Virus record (IMG/VR): IMGVR_UViG_3300036770_007539
Location: 62,001 to 126,000 of that record
DNA length: 64,000 nucleotides
Strand: one strand, 5' to 3'
The notes beneath the pieces are model-generated. The model had not been told where the DNA came from and searched no databases. It saw only the letters and a program-made list of their open reading frames with translations. The translations under genes and the position numbers were made by a program. Positions 27,438-37,491 of the stretch are shown piece after piece; position 1 is the stretch's first letter; each line of letters begins with the position of its first letter.

Positions 27438-29057
27438 ATGGATTTTAATCAATTAAACAGTTTTATTTTAAAGACAGCAGAAGCAGTAAAAGAACAAGAA
27501 AGCTTTTTTACTGGAGTATTAGCTAAAAAAGCCGAGCAATTAGCTGAAGTTTTTCCTTACGATATTACGGTCGTAGGCATGTATAATTTCTTAAATAAAA
27601 GAGCTAATTCTCAATCGATGATTTCTCGCTCAGAATTAAAAAAGACATATAATACACTGTATAGCAATAATAATAAATTTGCCACTTATTTTGCCGATGA
27701 ATTAGGTACAAGCTCACAACAAGAAGCTAAACAAGTTGATGATAGAGAAGGGGAAGACTTATTAGTTATTGCAAATAAAAATGTTGATTCTAATTTAGTT
27801 GATACTTTATCTTCATTATTTGATGGCGGTAAAAACGCCGTAATTAAAACGTACACTAAGAAAGCTGCTGTCGCAGCTGAGAAGAATACAATTTATACAT
27901 TAAATTCTTTAGGAATTCATCCTAAATTAGCAGAGGTAGTTGCTGGAAATGATGCATGGTTGGTTTGCCGAGCTGCCTTTGAAACTCCAAAGGGAGAAAC
28001 TTCTGCATTGGTACCAGTTGAAATAGTTGATGGTCAGCCCGTCCTTCCCAATTCATTAGTCTCTTCGGAAGGTCTTATTGAATTAACTGCGTCCACTCTT
28101 TCTGATTACTTGACAAAAAATGCTGGAAAATTATTAAAAATTAATGCTGAGCAAGTATTGAATTTTATTTCAAAGCAAGCCGAGCCATTATCTGAAGTTG
28201 AGCTTGCATTGTTCCGATTAAAAACAGCTTCGGGCAATGAAGTTGTTTTGGACGCACCCGGAGTATTGCTACAAAATCCAAACCTTGACAGAGATGTCAT
28301 TGATGTTCAAATGCCGTCATTTGAGGTTCCAGAAGAATATCAATCTGTTGGAGAAAGACTATCATCTAAAGCTGGTGAAGCCGAGTTAATTCATGGCAAG
28401 CAAGCAATTAATAAAGGCAGAGAATTAATCTTAAGAAAGCTATCTTCTTTTGGATATCAAGCTCAGGTCGGAGTAGCATCATCAGATAAAGAAGGAATTG
28501 TTTACGCTGCTTCTATCGATGGAATTAGAGGTTTTAAAGTACCAGTAAAAATTGCTAATTCACAAGTGTTGCTTCCCACAATGGTTGTAACCGAAAGCTC
28601 TATTAAAGAGTTCTCACCAGAAGGCATTAGCGAAGTAATGCACGAATCTAATGATTTGCAAGCTATGGCAATGGCTTCGCCTCTCTATGACTTAAAGCCT
28701 CAAGAATTATTTGTAAGTTTAGCAGCTGCATTGCAAGAAGAGAATTTTGACAAAGCAGAAGATGCCTTGCATATTCTTAGAGAATCTGGAGATTCTCACT
28801 TTTATAATATGGCATTTAATATTTATAAGCAGGCTCTTAAAGGAGAATTTAACATTCAAAAGCAAGCCTCTTGTGGGTGCTCTCATCCAGTTAAAACAGC
28901 TAATAGCTCAAGCTTAATTTGTAGTCATACTGGACTAGCTGTAAACAAAGTTTATCAAGACAAGTTTGGTCAGTGCCGTCCATTGCACCGCAGAGGAATG
29001 GAGGATGGTTCTGAATCAGCGCATTTCGTAACCTCAAAAGTATATTGGAACTGCTGA
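27438..29057 (+). CDS. hypothetical virion/head protein with an internally duplicated domain
   Basis: 539 aa; several KxA motifs; VPVEI..LP and VPVKI..LP repeats. Confidence 0.75.
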   Translation: MDFNQLNSFILKTAEAVKEQESFFTGVLAKKAEQLAEVFPYDITVVGMYNFLNKRANSQSMISRSELKKTYNTLYSNNNKFATYFADELGTSSQQEAKQVDDREGEDLLVIANKNVDSNLVDTLSSLFDGGKNAVIKTYTKKAAVAAEKNTIYTLNSLGIHPKLAEVVAGNDAWLVCRAAFETPKGETSALVPVEIVDGQPVLPNSLVSSEGLIELTASTLSDYLTKNAGKLLKINAEQVLNFISKQAEPLSEVELALFRLKTASGNEVVLDAPGVLLQNPNLDRDVIDVQMPSFEVPEEYQSVGERLSSKAGEAELIHGKQAINKGRELILRKLSSFGYQAQVGVASSDKEGIVYAASIDGIRGFKVPVKIANSQVLLPTMVVTESSIKEFSPEGISEVMHESNDLQAMAMASPLYDLKPQELFVSLAAALQEENFDKAEDALHILRESGDSHFYNMAFNIYKQALKGEFNIQKQASCGCSHPVKTANSSSLICSHTGLAVNKVYQDKFGQCRPLHRRGMEDGSESAHFVTSKVYWNC

Positions 29058-29827
29058 TGTTAGAATTATTAAAAAAGCTCGAAGAATTGCGTTGTTCTTT
29101 TTTAAATAGAGATCATGAAGTTCTTGATTTAGCAGAACGTGCAGGACCTGATATGTTACAGGCAATTGCAGGCTGCTTTATCGGTTGCGCTCAGTCAGTT
29201 GATGGTCTTGTAAAGGCTCACTCCTACAAGCTTGGAGAAGCGGAGAGAAAAGAATTTGAAGAATTTTGCAAAAACAAAAAAGAAGAAATTGGAGAAGTAG
29301 AAGAAGATTTAGTTGAAAAAGAAGTGACTCCAACAGATTTGGATGCAGTTGCCGCACTAGCAGAAGAATTTTCAAAATCTGGCGATGCACTTTTGCGCAG
29401 ACAGGCTTCTGTATTAGACCAGGTTTTATTGACGTTTGCAGTTCCAGAAGTAAGAATGGAAGAAAAAAAAGCTTATGATGAAAAAATAGCTCAAATCAAA
29501 GAAAATTTAAAAAAAACTCCATCTGAAAAAAAAGCAAAAGTATCTTTTGATCCAAAGCAAGTAGCTGATGTTGTTGATAAAAATGTAAAAAAATATAATC
29601 CATTGGAAGCCCCATTAAAAACTAGAAATTGTATCGATCATCCGGGGCATCATTTAATTAGAGTATCTGATGATGTATATCAATGCTCCTTAGACTATAA
29701 AGAATATAACTTTAAAAGCGGATACACTACATTAAGCGGTAATCAAGTCCCTGGAGGAGATGTTGCTCTTCAATCTCAAGTTCCCAGTTACAGTAATGTT
29801 CGAATGAGTTTTAATCCTGAAAAATAA
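29057..29827 (+). CDS. hypothetical head-block protein with a C-terminal Cys/His motif
   Basis: ATG 29057; TRNCIDHPG...YQCSLD. Confidence 0.7.
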   Translation: MLELLKKLEELRCSFLNRDHEVLDLAERAGPDMLQAIAGCFIGCAQSVDGLVKAHSYKLGEAERKEFEEFCKNKKEEIGEVEEDLVEKEVTPTDLDAVAALAEEFSKSGDALLRRQASVLDQVLLTFAVPEVRMEEKKAYDEKIAQIKENLKKTPSEKKAKVSFDPKQVADVVDKNVKKYNPLEAPLKTRNCIDHPGHHLIRVSDDVYQCSLDYKEYNFKSGYTTLSGNQVPGGDVALQSQVPSYSNVRMSFNPEK

Positions 29828-29847
29828 TTTAACTTAACAGATATATT

Positions 29848-29883
29848 AATAAGCAGGGCAAAAGTTGCCCTGCTTATTTTTTT
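29848..29883 (+). terminator. rho-independent terminator
   Basis: AATAAGCAGGGCAA-aag-TTGCCCTGCTTATT followed by a T-run. Confidence 0.8.
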
Positions 29884-29891
29884 GGAGCTTT

Positions 29892-30608
29892 ATGGATTTT
29901 TCTATTATTTTAAATCATCCCAAGAGAAATGAAATTGTATCTAAATTATTAAATGGAATTTCCCCCAAAGAAATTTCAATCTGGTTAAAAACTTTATTCA
30001 ATGATTCGGATGAAGCTCATCTTAGATTGAGTCAAAAAATAATTGAACAGTTTTCTAAAAGTGATTTTTTAAATTATGAAAAACATTTAAATTCAGATAT
30101 TGCAGCTGCTCAAAATGGAGACGAAAAAGCATTAAATTCTTTAAAAAATAATAAAACTTGGAAACAAAGAGTAGATTCTTTGTTGGAAGAAAAAGTTGAT
30201 ATTAAAGATAGATTAAATAAAATGGAATTATTGGTCAGGGATAGAATGGAACAAGTATTTGATTCTATCCAAAATAATCCACAAGGTACAAGGGGAGACC
30301 ATGTATTAATTAAATATTTTGAGCATTATTTAAAATTATTAGAGACATATAATAAAACTATAAACCTTGCCCCCGATATGATTATTCAACATAATCACAC
30401 TGTAGATTACATAGATAAAAGAACTGCTTTTCTTCAAGATTCTATTTATGAAATTTTAGAAGAAATGGATCCTGAATTTGCAACTATATTTTTAGATAAA
30501 TTAAATCAAAAACTAGCAACATTACAATATAATGAAGAGGAGCCAAAACAAATTGGCATTTCAGAAATACAAAAATTAGAATATCAGGTAATATCTAGCG
30601 ATGAATAA
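29892..30608 (+). CDS. hypothetical protein (candidate small terminase)
   Basis: N-terminal HTH-like helices (HPKRNEIVSKLLNGISPKEI) plus coiled coil; the small-terminase role is a guess from architecture and position. Confidence 0.5.
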   Translation: MDFSIILNHPKRNEIVSKLLNGISPKEISIWLKTLFNDSDEAHLRLSQKIIEQFSKSDFLNYEKHLNSDIAAAQNGDEKALNSLKNNKTWKQRVDSLLEEKVDIKDRLNKMELLVRDRMEQVFDSIQNNPQGTRGDHVLIKYFEHYLKLLETYNKTINLAPDMIIQHNHTVDYIDKRTAFLQDSIYEILEEMDPEFATIFLDKLNQKLATLQYNEEEPKQIGISEIQKLEYQVISSDE

Positions 30609-32433
30609 AATCAATAAAACAGCATATCCTCAAGGTCATGCCGATACCCACATTAAATCTTATGATTTAAATAAATGGACGAAGACATCTCATGATATTT
30701 CTATTTATGCTAGACAGGGCTATGATTATAATAAAATAAAAGACGAATTAACAAAAAATTGGGACGAAATGGAAAAAAAAGATTTTGCACATTGGATGAA
30801 ATACTATCAAAGCAATAGCCAGAACGCCTATAAAAAAGCACAATATCTTGAAGTTGCTCCTGGTGCTTTTGTTCCTGGTGCCATGCTTTCTAGTTCGCCC
30901 GATTTGAATGACTTAAAGACAAAAATTAAATTACCAGAAGAAGAAGATCCCCAATTTAAAATTAATAAAAAAATTAGATCTATTCTCAATAGATTAACCT
31001 CTGCTGAGAAACTTGCCACAGATCCGGATGTTCAAAGAGAATTATCCAAGCGATTAGATATTGGTTTGCATAAATGGCTTGAAGAATTACAAAGAGTAAA
31101 AAGATTAATACAAATTGCTCCTATTAAACACGCAAATTCTTCTATTTTAGAGGATTTAATTTTTAAAGAAGCAAATATATTGGCACACAAAGGTTTTCCC
31201 AAAACCGCACAAGAATTAATAAAAGTTGCACAACTTATTCCTACGCCCAAAGATCCTCAAGGATCCCCACCTGCCCCTGCGCCCGCTCCAAATCTTCCTG
31301 GTGGTCCCCCTGGTCCTCCTTTAGACATGCCTCCTCCGCCTGATGCACCTCCTGGCGCTCCTCCTGGTCCTGGTGTTCCTCCAGGCGGACCTCCTGGCGC
31401 ACCCCCAGCACCTCCAGGCGGCGGGCTAATTCCCACCGATCCTAGCCAGCTTCCTCCGCTTAAACCAAATCCTCCAAAGCCTGCAGAAAAGCCAAAGCCC
31501 AAAGGGCAAGAAGCATTGGATGAAATGCTTGGCAATTTAAATTCAAATAAAAATAAAGATAATAATAATATCGTAGACCCTCTTGTAGATGATTTGGCAG
31601 GAATGACAATTCAAGCCAAAGAAGATGAGTTTGCTGAGATAGAAATTGTTGCTCAAGCTCTTCCTCCAGAAATGGCTACAACGCCTGTAGATGTTCCATT
31701 TTCAGCGCCATCAGCTATTCCTGTGCCATCCCCAGAACCAACTGGATTGCCAAATGCTAATCTTCCCGCATCAACTCCAGTAAAGGCTCCCCCTGCTTCA
31801 GCAGTTAAGCCTAAACCAACAATTGAAGTTTCTGAAGATGAAGATAAATTTGCAGACACTGTAATTCATAAAAAGACAGATGACTTATTAGAAAGTGCTC
31901 TTTCTTCAATTACAATAACAGATGTAATTGAAAGACTAGATACTTTAGTTAACTTATTTAGAACTAGAGAGATACCAAGACAATTAGCCATCATCGATCT
32001 TATGATGGATCAATTAAATTTAAGTTCATTCTTCCCAGGTCTAGCAGAAGCTTCTTCTAAAAGCTTGGAAAGCAATCAATATGCTCTTTCTCGTATTGAA
32101 GAAGTTTTATCTAAGCTCAAGGGCTCAATTAAAAATGACAAATCTAAAGAAATAGATCTTTTAGGTCAAGAAGCATCTACATCTCCTGATGCACTTGATG
32201 TAGAAGGTGTTAGATCGAGTCTACAGTCCTTAGAAGATAAGGAGAAAGCAAGAAAACAACAAAAGAAACAAGAGGAATTAGCAAAAATAGAAGAAGAAAT
32301 TCCAGAAATAGAAGTAGAAGAAGACTTGGCGCAACCAGTAGAAATGCCTGCCAGCATGACTGGAAGAACAGCTCCATTGGCTCCTCCAATTACGGCTCCA
32401 ACGCCTCCAGCCGCAATCAGACCAACGATATAA
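30601..32433 (+). CDS. large Pro-rich head-block protein
   Basis: MNKINKTA|Y start; ~80-aa P/G tract at 31250-31500. Confidence 0.75.
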   Translation: MNKINKTAYPQGHADTHIKSYDLNKWTKTSHDISIYARQGYDYNKIKDELTKNWDEMEKKDFAHWMKYYQSNSQNAYKKAQYLEVAPGAFVPGAMLSSSPDLNDLKTKIKLPEEEDPQFKINKKIRSILNRLTSAEKLATDPDVQRELSKRLDIGLHKWLEELQRVKRLIQIAPIKHANSSILEDLIFKEANILAHKGFPKTAQELIKVAQLIPTPKDPQGSPPAPAPAPNLPGGPPGPPLDMPPPPDAPPGAPPGPGVPPGGPPGAPPAPPGGGLIPTDPSQLPPLKPNPPKPAEKPKPKGQEALDEMLGNLNSNKNKDNNNIVDPLVDDLAGMTIQAKEDEFAEIEIVAQALPPEMATTPVDVPFSAPSAIPVPSPEPTGLPNANLPASTPVKAPPASAVKPKPTIEVSEDEDKFADTVIHKKTDDLLESALSSITITDVIERLDTLVNLFRTREIPRQLAIIDLMMDQLNLSSFFPGLAEASSKSLESNQYALSRIEEVLSKLKGSIKNDKSKEIDLLGQEASTSPDALDVEGVRSSLQSLEDKEKARKQQKKQEELAKIEEEIPEIEVEEDLAQPVEMPASMTGRTAPLAPPITAPTPPAAIRPTI

Positions 32434-32438
32434 ATTAA

Positions 32439-33164
32439 ATGAAATTAATTGAAGTACTTGAATTAATTGACTTTACTGCACAAGAAAAAGGCTTGTCAAA
32501 GCCTTTTATTTGTGGAGGTTTGCCAAGAGATAAAATCATTTATAAATCAATGGATTTAAGCGATGTTGATATTACAAATGGTGATGCTACCATTCATCTC
32601 TTAGCAAAAGAAGTCTATTTAAAATTAAAGCAGTTTGGTGCCACATATGTTGTGAAAAGTGATGGTCATGCCACTATTATGATTGGGCTTGTTAAACTGG
32701 ATTTTAGTTCTAATTTCATTTTGCCAAATTTAGAATTAATGTTTAATCAAAAAATGTCACCCCTACGACAAGAGTTAATTAGTAGAGATTTTACTTGTAA
32801 TACAATGTTAATGTCGATGGATTTAAAAAAAGTTTATGATCCTTTAGGTGTTGCTGTAGATGCAATCATGAGAAAAGAAATTGACACTAATTTGGGTCCT
32901 GAAATTACATTAAGAGCATCTCCAAATAGAGCTGTAAGAGTTATCTATCTTTCTTCTAAATTAAATTTTAAATTATCTGAAAGATTAGAAAATTGGATTA
33001 TTAATAATAAAGATATATTTTTACAAATAAAACCAAAATATATAGTAGAAAAAATTAACAAAGGAATGAGCTATAATAGCGAAAATACTATTAATTTAAT
33101 TAAAAAATTACAAATAGAAAATTACATCCCATTAAATTATCAAAATTTTAAAGGGATCTTGTGA
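32439..33164 (+). CDS. class II nucleotidyltransferase (CCA-adding/poly(A) polymerase family)
   Basis: PFICGGLPRD, DVDIT, RDFTCN, YDPLG. Confidence 0.85.
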   Translation: MKLIEVLELIDFTAQEKGLSKPFICGGLPRDKIIYKSMDLSDVDITNGDATIHLLAKEVYLKLKQFGATYVVKSDGHATIMIGLVKLDFSSNFILPNLELMFNQKMSPLRQELISRDFTCNTMLMSMDLKKVYDPLGVAVDAIMRKEIDTNLGPEITLRASPNRAVRVIYLSSKLNFKLSERLENWIINNKDIFLQIKPKYIVEKINKGMSYNSENTINLIKKLQIENYIPLNYQNFKGIL

Positions 33165-33382
33165 GCAGAAGACAAGATTTAGATGTCAGACCCTTCCCGA
33201 ATCCGGTAAGAAAAAATTATGATTATGGGGAAGGGCTATATTTTGGAAAAATGGACAAATTTAAAAGCGTTAGAGATTATTTAAATAAAAGAAAACGTAA
33301 AAAAATAAATAAAAAAAGTTTACATGAATTAGTTGAGCAAATTGAAATCTTCTCTCAAGAAGTCTTAAACTTACAAAAGTAA
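33161..33382 (+). CDS. small basic hypothetical protein
   Basis: GTGA-coupled ORF. Confidence 0.6.
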   Translation: MSRRQDLDVRPFPNPVRKNYDYGEGLYFGKMDKFKSVRDYLNKRKRKKINKKSLHELVEQIEIFSQEVLNLQK

Positions 33383-33383
33383 C

Positions 33384-33935
33384 ATGCCAATAGAAACATT
33401 AAATAACAAAGTTCATTTAAAAGTTATCAGAGATAACAAGGATAAAATTTGTCCGTTTGGATTTGATGTTCCTGTTGGATGTCAAAACGCTGGAGAATTA
33501 GTAAAAAATTTATCTTTGGCAACAGACTTGGATAAAGCCGAAGAAAATAAAAAATATTTATTAAATTATGCCTCGGAAGAACCTGGCAGAAAATGTTTTT
33601 ATGCTGACAAAATTTTAAAGAAAAACAATAAAGTTTTATGCACCTTTCCTGAACAGGAATCTGGCATAGAGATGCCTACAGGCTCTCCTTTATATTATAA
33701 ACCAATGAGTGGTACCTTAATGAGCGGATTAATGACATTCCCCTTAGGTTATTATAATGATAACGCTATAGATAGAGATTATTATTATGGATACTATTCA
33801 ATAGAGAGTGTTAGTGACGATCACTCAAATCAAATAGAAAAAAATTCTATTAAAGAAGAATTTTATAATGGAATAAAGAAATTATCAAATGCATCCAAGA
33901 TATATAAGCATTTAAAACAAAAAAACAATCAATAA
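33384..33935 (+). CDS. Cys-containing hypothetical protein
   Basis: CPFG...GC...C...C. Confidence 0.7.
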   Translation: MPIETLNNKVHLKVIRDNKDKICPFGFDVPVGCQNAGELVKNLSLATDLDKAEENKKYLLNYASEEPGRKCFYADKILKKNNKVLCTFPEQESGIEMPTGSPLYYKPMSGTLMSGLMTFPLGYYNDNAIDRDYYYGYYSIESVSDDHSNQIEKNSIKEEFYNGIKKLSNASKIYKHLKQKNNQ

Positions 33936-33979
33936 TAAATAATATTTTAGGATACTAGTATTTAAAAAGGCTCAGAAAA

Positions 33980-34945
33980 ATGACTATTAAAATTGCTCAA
34001 CAATACACAGCTGGTGGAAACTCCTATTTAGAGGGGGAGCGTATGACTCCAGAAGAATTTTTAAAAGGTACTTCTATGAGTGACGTATCCGATCTTCGTG
34101 TAGAAATTGAGCTTTCTCCCGAAACAGAGATGGAAGAAGAGCTTATGGAACATAGCCCAAAAGTAGAGGGTGAAATTCATGTTTCAAGCGATGATGAAGA
34201 TTTTGAATTTGATGAAAAGAAAGAATTTTCTTTTATTTTAGGTAAAGTTCCAGGGTCTGATTCTGAGGAGGAAATTGAAGAGCCTTCAGAATTACAAGTT
34301 TCCGAAGATGATGACAAAATTCAAATTGAAGATGATCCATGGAAATGGAAGCATGAAAAATTCTTACATTGGCTAGAAGATAAATTAAAAAATGTTCCAA
34401 AACACAATGGCAAAGATGTTTCTGGTTTAGAAAAAGCCATGGCTTATTTAGAACATTTAGACAAAGAATGCTCTAAAGCAAGTAGAACTGATTTAAATAA
34501 CGTGATTGATACTCCCAAGCTAGAAGATGCTCGTAAGCAAATTATTGATGGCATCGATCGATTATTTGATAGATTGCAAAAAGTCAATGCCATTAGAGGT
34601 AAAAAAGGCAAAGGTATGAAAAAGAAAGCCTCTGAAGACAACTCAGAAGGCTTTGTAAAAGAAGCTAAATCAATTCATTTTGAAGTTAATGTACCATATT
34701 TTATTAGCTTATTAGCTAGGATTTGCATTAATGCTTCTGTTTCTGCTGGGCATGATATTGAAGAAGTTTTTATGGATTTAGCTAAAAAATATGAATTAAC
34801 AAAACAGCAGAAATTAGAAGTAGTAACATTAATTGAAGATATGGGCTATGCTTCTGTTTGGAGAGATCGCTCTAAGATGCTAGATGAAGAAATTGATTTA
34901 ACATCATCTGAAAACGGTGATTGGGCAGCTCAATATCCAGCTTGA
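33980..34945 (+). CDS. acidic head-block protein
   Basis: MTIKIA|Q start; KKAS and KEAK internal motifs. Confidence 0.75.
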   Translation: MTIKIAQQYTAGGNSYLEGERMTPEEFLKGTSMSDVSDLRVEIELSPETEMEEELMEHSPKVEGEIHVSSDDEDFEFDEKKEFSFILGKVPGSDSEEEIEEPSELQVSEDDDKIQIEDDPWKWKHEKFLHWLEDKLKNVPKHNGKDVSGLEKAMAYLEHLDKECSKASRTDLNNVIDTPKLEDARKQIIDGIDRLFDRLQKVNAIRGKKGKGMKKKASEDNSEGFVKEAKSIHFEVNVPYFISLLARICINASVSAGHDIEEVFMDLAKKYELTKQQKLEVVTLIEDMGYASVWRDRSKMLDEEIDLTSSENGDWAAQYPA

Positions 34946-34952
34946 AGGTTTT

Positions 34953-35609
34953 ATGTCTCGTAATGGCGCTTTTATAAGAGATAGCTCTGGTTCTAGTTCT
35001 TCTTGGTTAGAAGAATTTGCTTCTGAATGGGAAAAGAAAGCAACTACTACAGCTGTAGATGAAGCTAGAAAAAGACAAGCTGAACTAGATTTCTATTCTC
35101 AAATTTCTTCTATTGTTGGCGGAAAAAGAAAACATGCTACCGTTGACTCTATAGTGCAAGAATATCAAGAATTAACTGGTTTAAAAAAATATTTACAAAC
35201 TTTAGCTGAGCAAGATCCCAAATCTCAAGAAAAAATTAAAACAGCTCAATATAATTCAGAAAATAATTCTGAAAAAGTATTAATAAATGTAAATGAAGAC
35301 ATGTTGCCTTCCGACATGTCAGATACTCTTAAAGAACAAATTAAAACACTTATTAATAATAAAATTGAAACTTATAATGGATTTATTTCAATTCCTGCAA
35401 TTCAGGATGATTTATTAAAAAGCTTAAAGCACCAGGGAATAGAAGCTCATCAAGTTTATGATTCTAATATGGTAAAATTTATTGGTAATTGCTTGCGAGA
35501 TTATCAAGAACATCACCCCAGACAAGATAATCATAACCCTCATTTAGGGGAAGCTATTATAGAAATAGAAGATGATGGCAAATTCATGCCAACATTGCAA
35601 AAGAAATAA
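34953..35609 (+). CDS. hypothetical head-block protein
   Basis: ATG 34953; IKTAQ motif. Confidence 0.7.
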   Translation: MSRNGAFIRDSSGSSSSWLEEFASEWEKKATTTAVDEARKRQAELDFYSQISSIVGGKRKHATVDSIVQEYQELTGLKKYLQTLAEQDPKSQEKIKTAQYNSENNSEKVLINVNEDMLPSDMSDTLKEQIKTLINNKIETYNGFISIPAIQDDLLKSLKHQGIEAHQVYDSNMVKFIGNCLRDYQEHHPRQDNHNPHLGEAIIEIEDDGKFMPTLQKK

Positions 35610-35618
35610 TATTATTTA

Positions 35619-37487
35619 ATGAGCAAGAAAGAAAAAGATTTATTTTCAGAAATGAAAGAAAAGATCCTGGAAATGGATCCTGTCTATTGGTGTGAAAAAT
35701 ATTTGACCATTGATGGAAAGCCTTTAAAATTAAGAGATGGTTGGGAGCCATACATTGATATTTATAGATATGTTGGAATGAATGCCCTAAATAAAAAGGG
35801 TAAAAAAGTTATATTTTTAAAGGGTCGTCAAGTCGGTGGAACCATGGCGGCTTTATTTATTGAATTATTTTTATTAGCCTCTGGTCAATATGGAACGAAA
35901 ACTAAGCCGCCAATTAGAATCATGCATTGCTTTCCTCAGTTGGAGATGGCGAGAAGATTTTCTGTTACTAAGTTTGATACAGTGGTTAATACATCTAAAC
36001 TTGTAGACTCTCCCAAAGATAAAATAAAAAAAGTTCCATATATTGAAACTCGCTTGATGCCAGACGCTGATTCTCAGCAGTTAAAATATTTTCAAGGAGG
36101 AAACCATATTTTTATTGAATCTACAGGCTTAACTGGCGATCGGTTGCGTGGTATTACAGCCGATATTTTTCTTGGAGATGAAATTCAGGATATGAGAACA
36201 TCAGCCATTGAAAATGCTACAAAAAGCTTAACACAAGCCCAATACGGAGCTACTGGTGATGGAGTTCAATTTTATTTTGGAACACCCAAGAAAAAAGGCT
36301 CTGATTTTAATAAAAGATGGGCTGTGTCAAACCAACAGTTTTATCATTTAGGCTGTGAAAAATGCGAAAAAGATTTTCCATTATACACCCCCGGAAGTGA
36401 TGATTGGGAAAAAATTTGGATCGAAGATTCTCTTCCGGAGTCTCATCCTAGTCACGGATTTATTGTAAAATGCGTTCATTGTGAGCATGAACAAGATAAA
36501 AGATTTGCTGCTAAACGTGGAAAGTGGGTGGCGTACAATACAGATCCAAAAGTTCAATATATTGGTTTTCATTTAAATCAATTATATATTCCAAATTTTC
36601 CCAGATGGAAAGTTATTGGAGAAAAGCCTGAAAATCACCCAGTTAATACTGAAAGAGCTTATAGAAATGAAATTCTAGGAGAATTTTATTCTGGAACTAG
36701 CCAGCCAATTACCACGGATGAAATCGATCATGTTTGTGGAGAGCAGACAATGATGATGGCTTCTAGGCTGTCTTCTAGCCCTGACAGAAAGATTGTTATT
36801 GGATTTGATTGGGGTCAAAAAGTAGAAGATTCCGGTTCTGGAGACGAAGAATCTTCTGGCGGTAAGTCGTATAGCGTTGCGATCGTTTTAGTTCAAGAAG
36901 GTCCAAAATTATTTAGAATTGCTTGGGCTGAAAGATTTATGAAAAACGATTTAGATTATAAAGTAGAGCGAGCAGAGCAATTATTCAGAAGATACAACCC
37001 TGATTTGGCATTAGGTGATATTGGCTTCGGATATGAAATATGTAAAATATTACAAAAAAAATATAGTCATAAATTTTTAGCAGCTAGCGGATTGCATAAT
37101 GTTAGCGGCAAATACAGATTAAAAGAAGAAGATAATTTAAATACAATTATCTTTGAAAAAGATTATGTTTTAGAACAAATTTTTGAAAAGTTCAAACGTG
37201 GAGAAATTAAATTTCCATACAAAGATTATGAGAAAATAGCATGGTTAGTTGAACATTGCGCTAGCATGGATACAAAGATAACCTACGATCGCAGTGGCGA
37301 ACCAATGACCAAATATGTTAAAGGTCATATTCCAAACGACGGTTTGATGGGATTAGTATATGCTTACGTTGGGGCTTTATCATTAGCCAGCAATAATTTC
37401 AAGATTAAAAATCCAGAAAATTATAAGGAAGCTGGCGTAAGTAAAGACCCCCCTATTGCGCTTGGTTATTTTCCCAAGTGGCGCTGA
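35619..37487 (+). CDS. terL: terminase large subunit (lambda GpA-like features)
   Basis: KGRQVGGT Walker A-like, LRGITAD..LGDEIQD Walker B, FGTP, CEKC/CVHC, GFHLNQL, IGFDWG nuclease, PNDG. Confidence 0.9.
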   Translation: MSKKEKDLFSEMKEKILEMDPVYWCEKYLTIDGKPLKLRDGWEPYIDIYRYVGMNALNKKGKKVIFLKGRQVGGTMAALFIELFLLASGQYGTKTKPPIRIMHCFPQLEMARRFSVTKFDTVVNTSKLVDSPKDKIKKVPYIETRLMPDADSQQLKYFQGGNHIFIESTGLTGDRLRGITADIFLGDEIQDMRTSAIENATKSLTQAQYGATGDGVQFYFGTPKKKGSDFNKRWAVSNQQFYHLGCEKCEKDFPLYTPGSDDWEKIWIEDSLPESHPSHGFIVKCVHCEHEQDKRFAAKRGKWVAYNTDPKVQYIGFHLNQLYIPNFPRWKVIGEKPENHPVNTERAYRNEILGEFYSGTSQPITTDEIDHVCGEQTMMMASRLSSSPDRKIVIGFDWGQKVEDSGSGDEESSGGKSYSVAIVLVQEGPKLFRIAWAERFMKNDLDYKVERAEQLFRRYNPDLALGDIGFGYEICKILQKKYSHKFLAASGLHNVSGKYRLKEEDNLNTIIFEKDYVLEQIFEKFKRGEIKFPYKDYEKIAWLVEHCASMDTKITYDRSGEPMTKYVKGHIPNDGLMGLVYAYVGALSLASNNFKIKNPENYKEAGVSKDPPIALGYFPKWR

Positions 37488-37491
37488 TATA

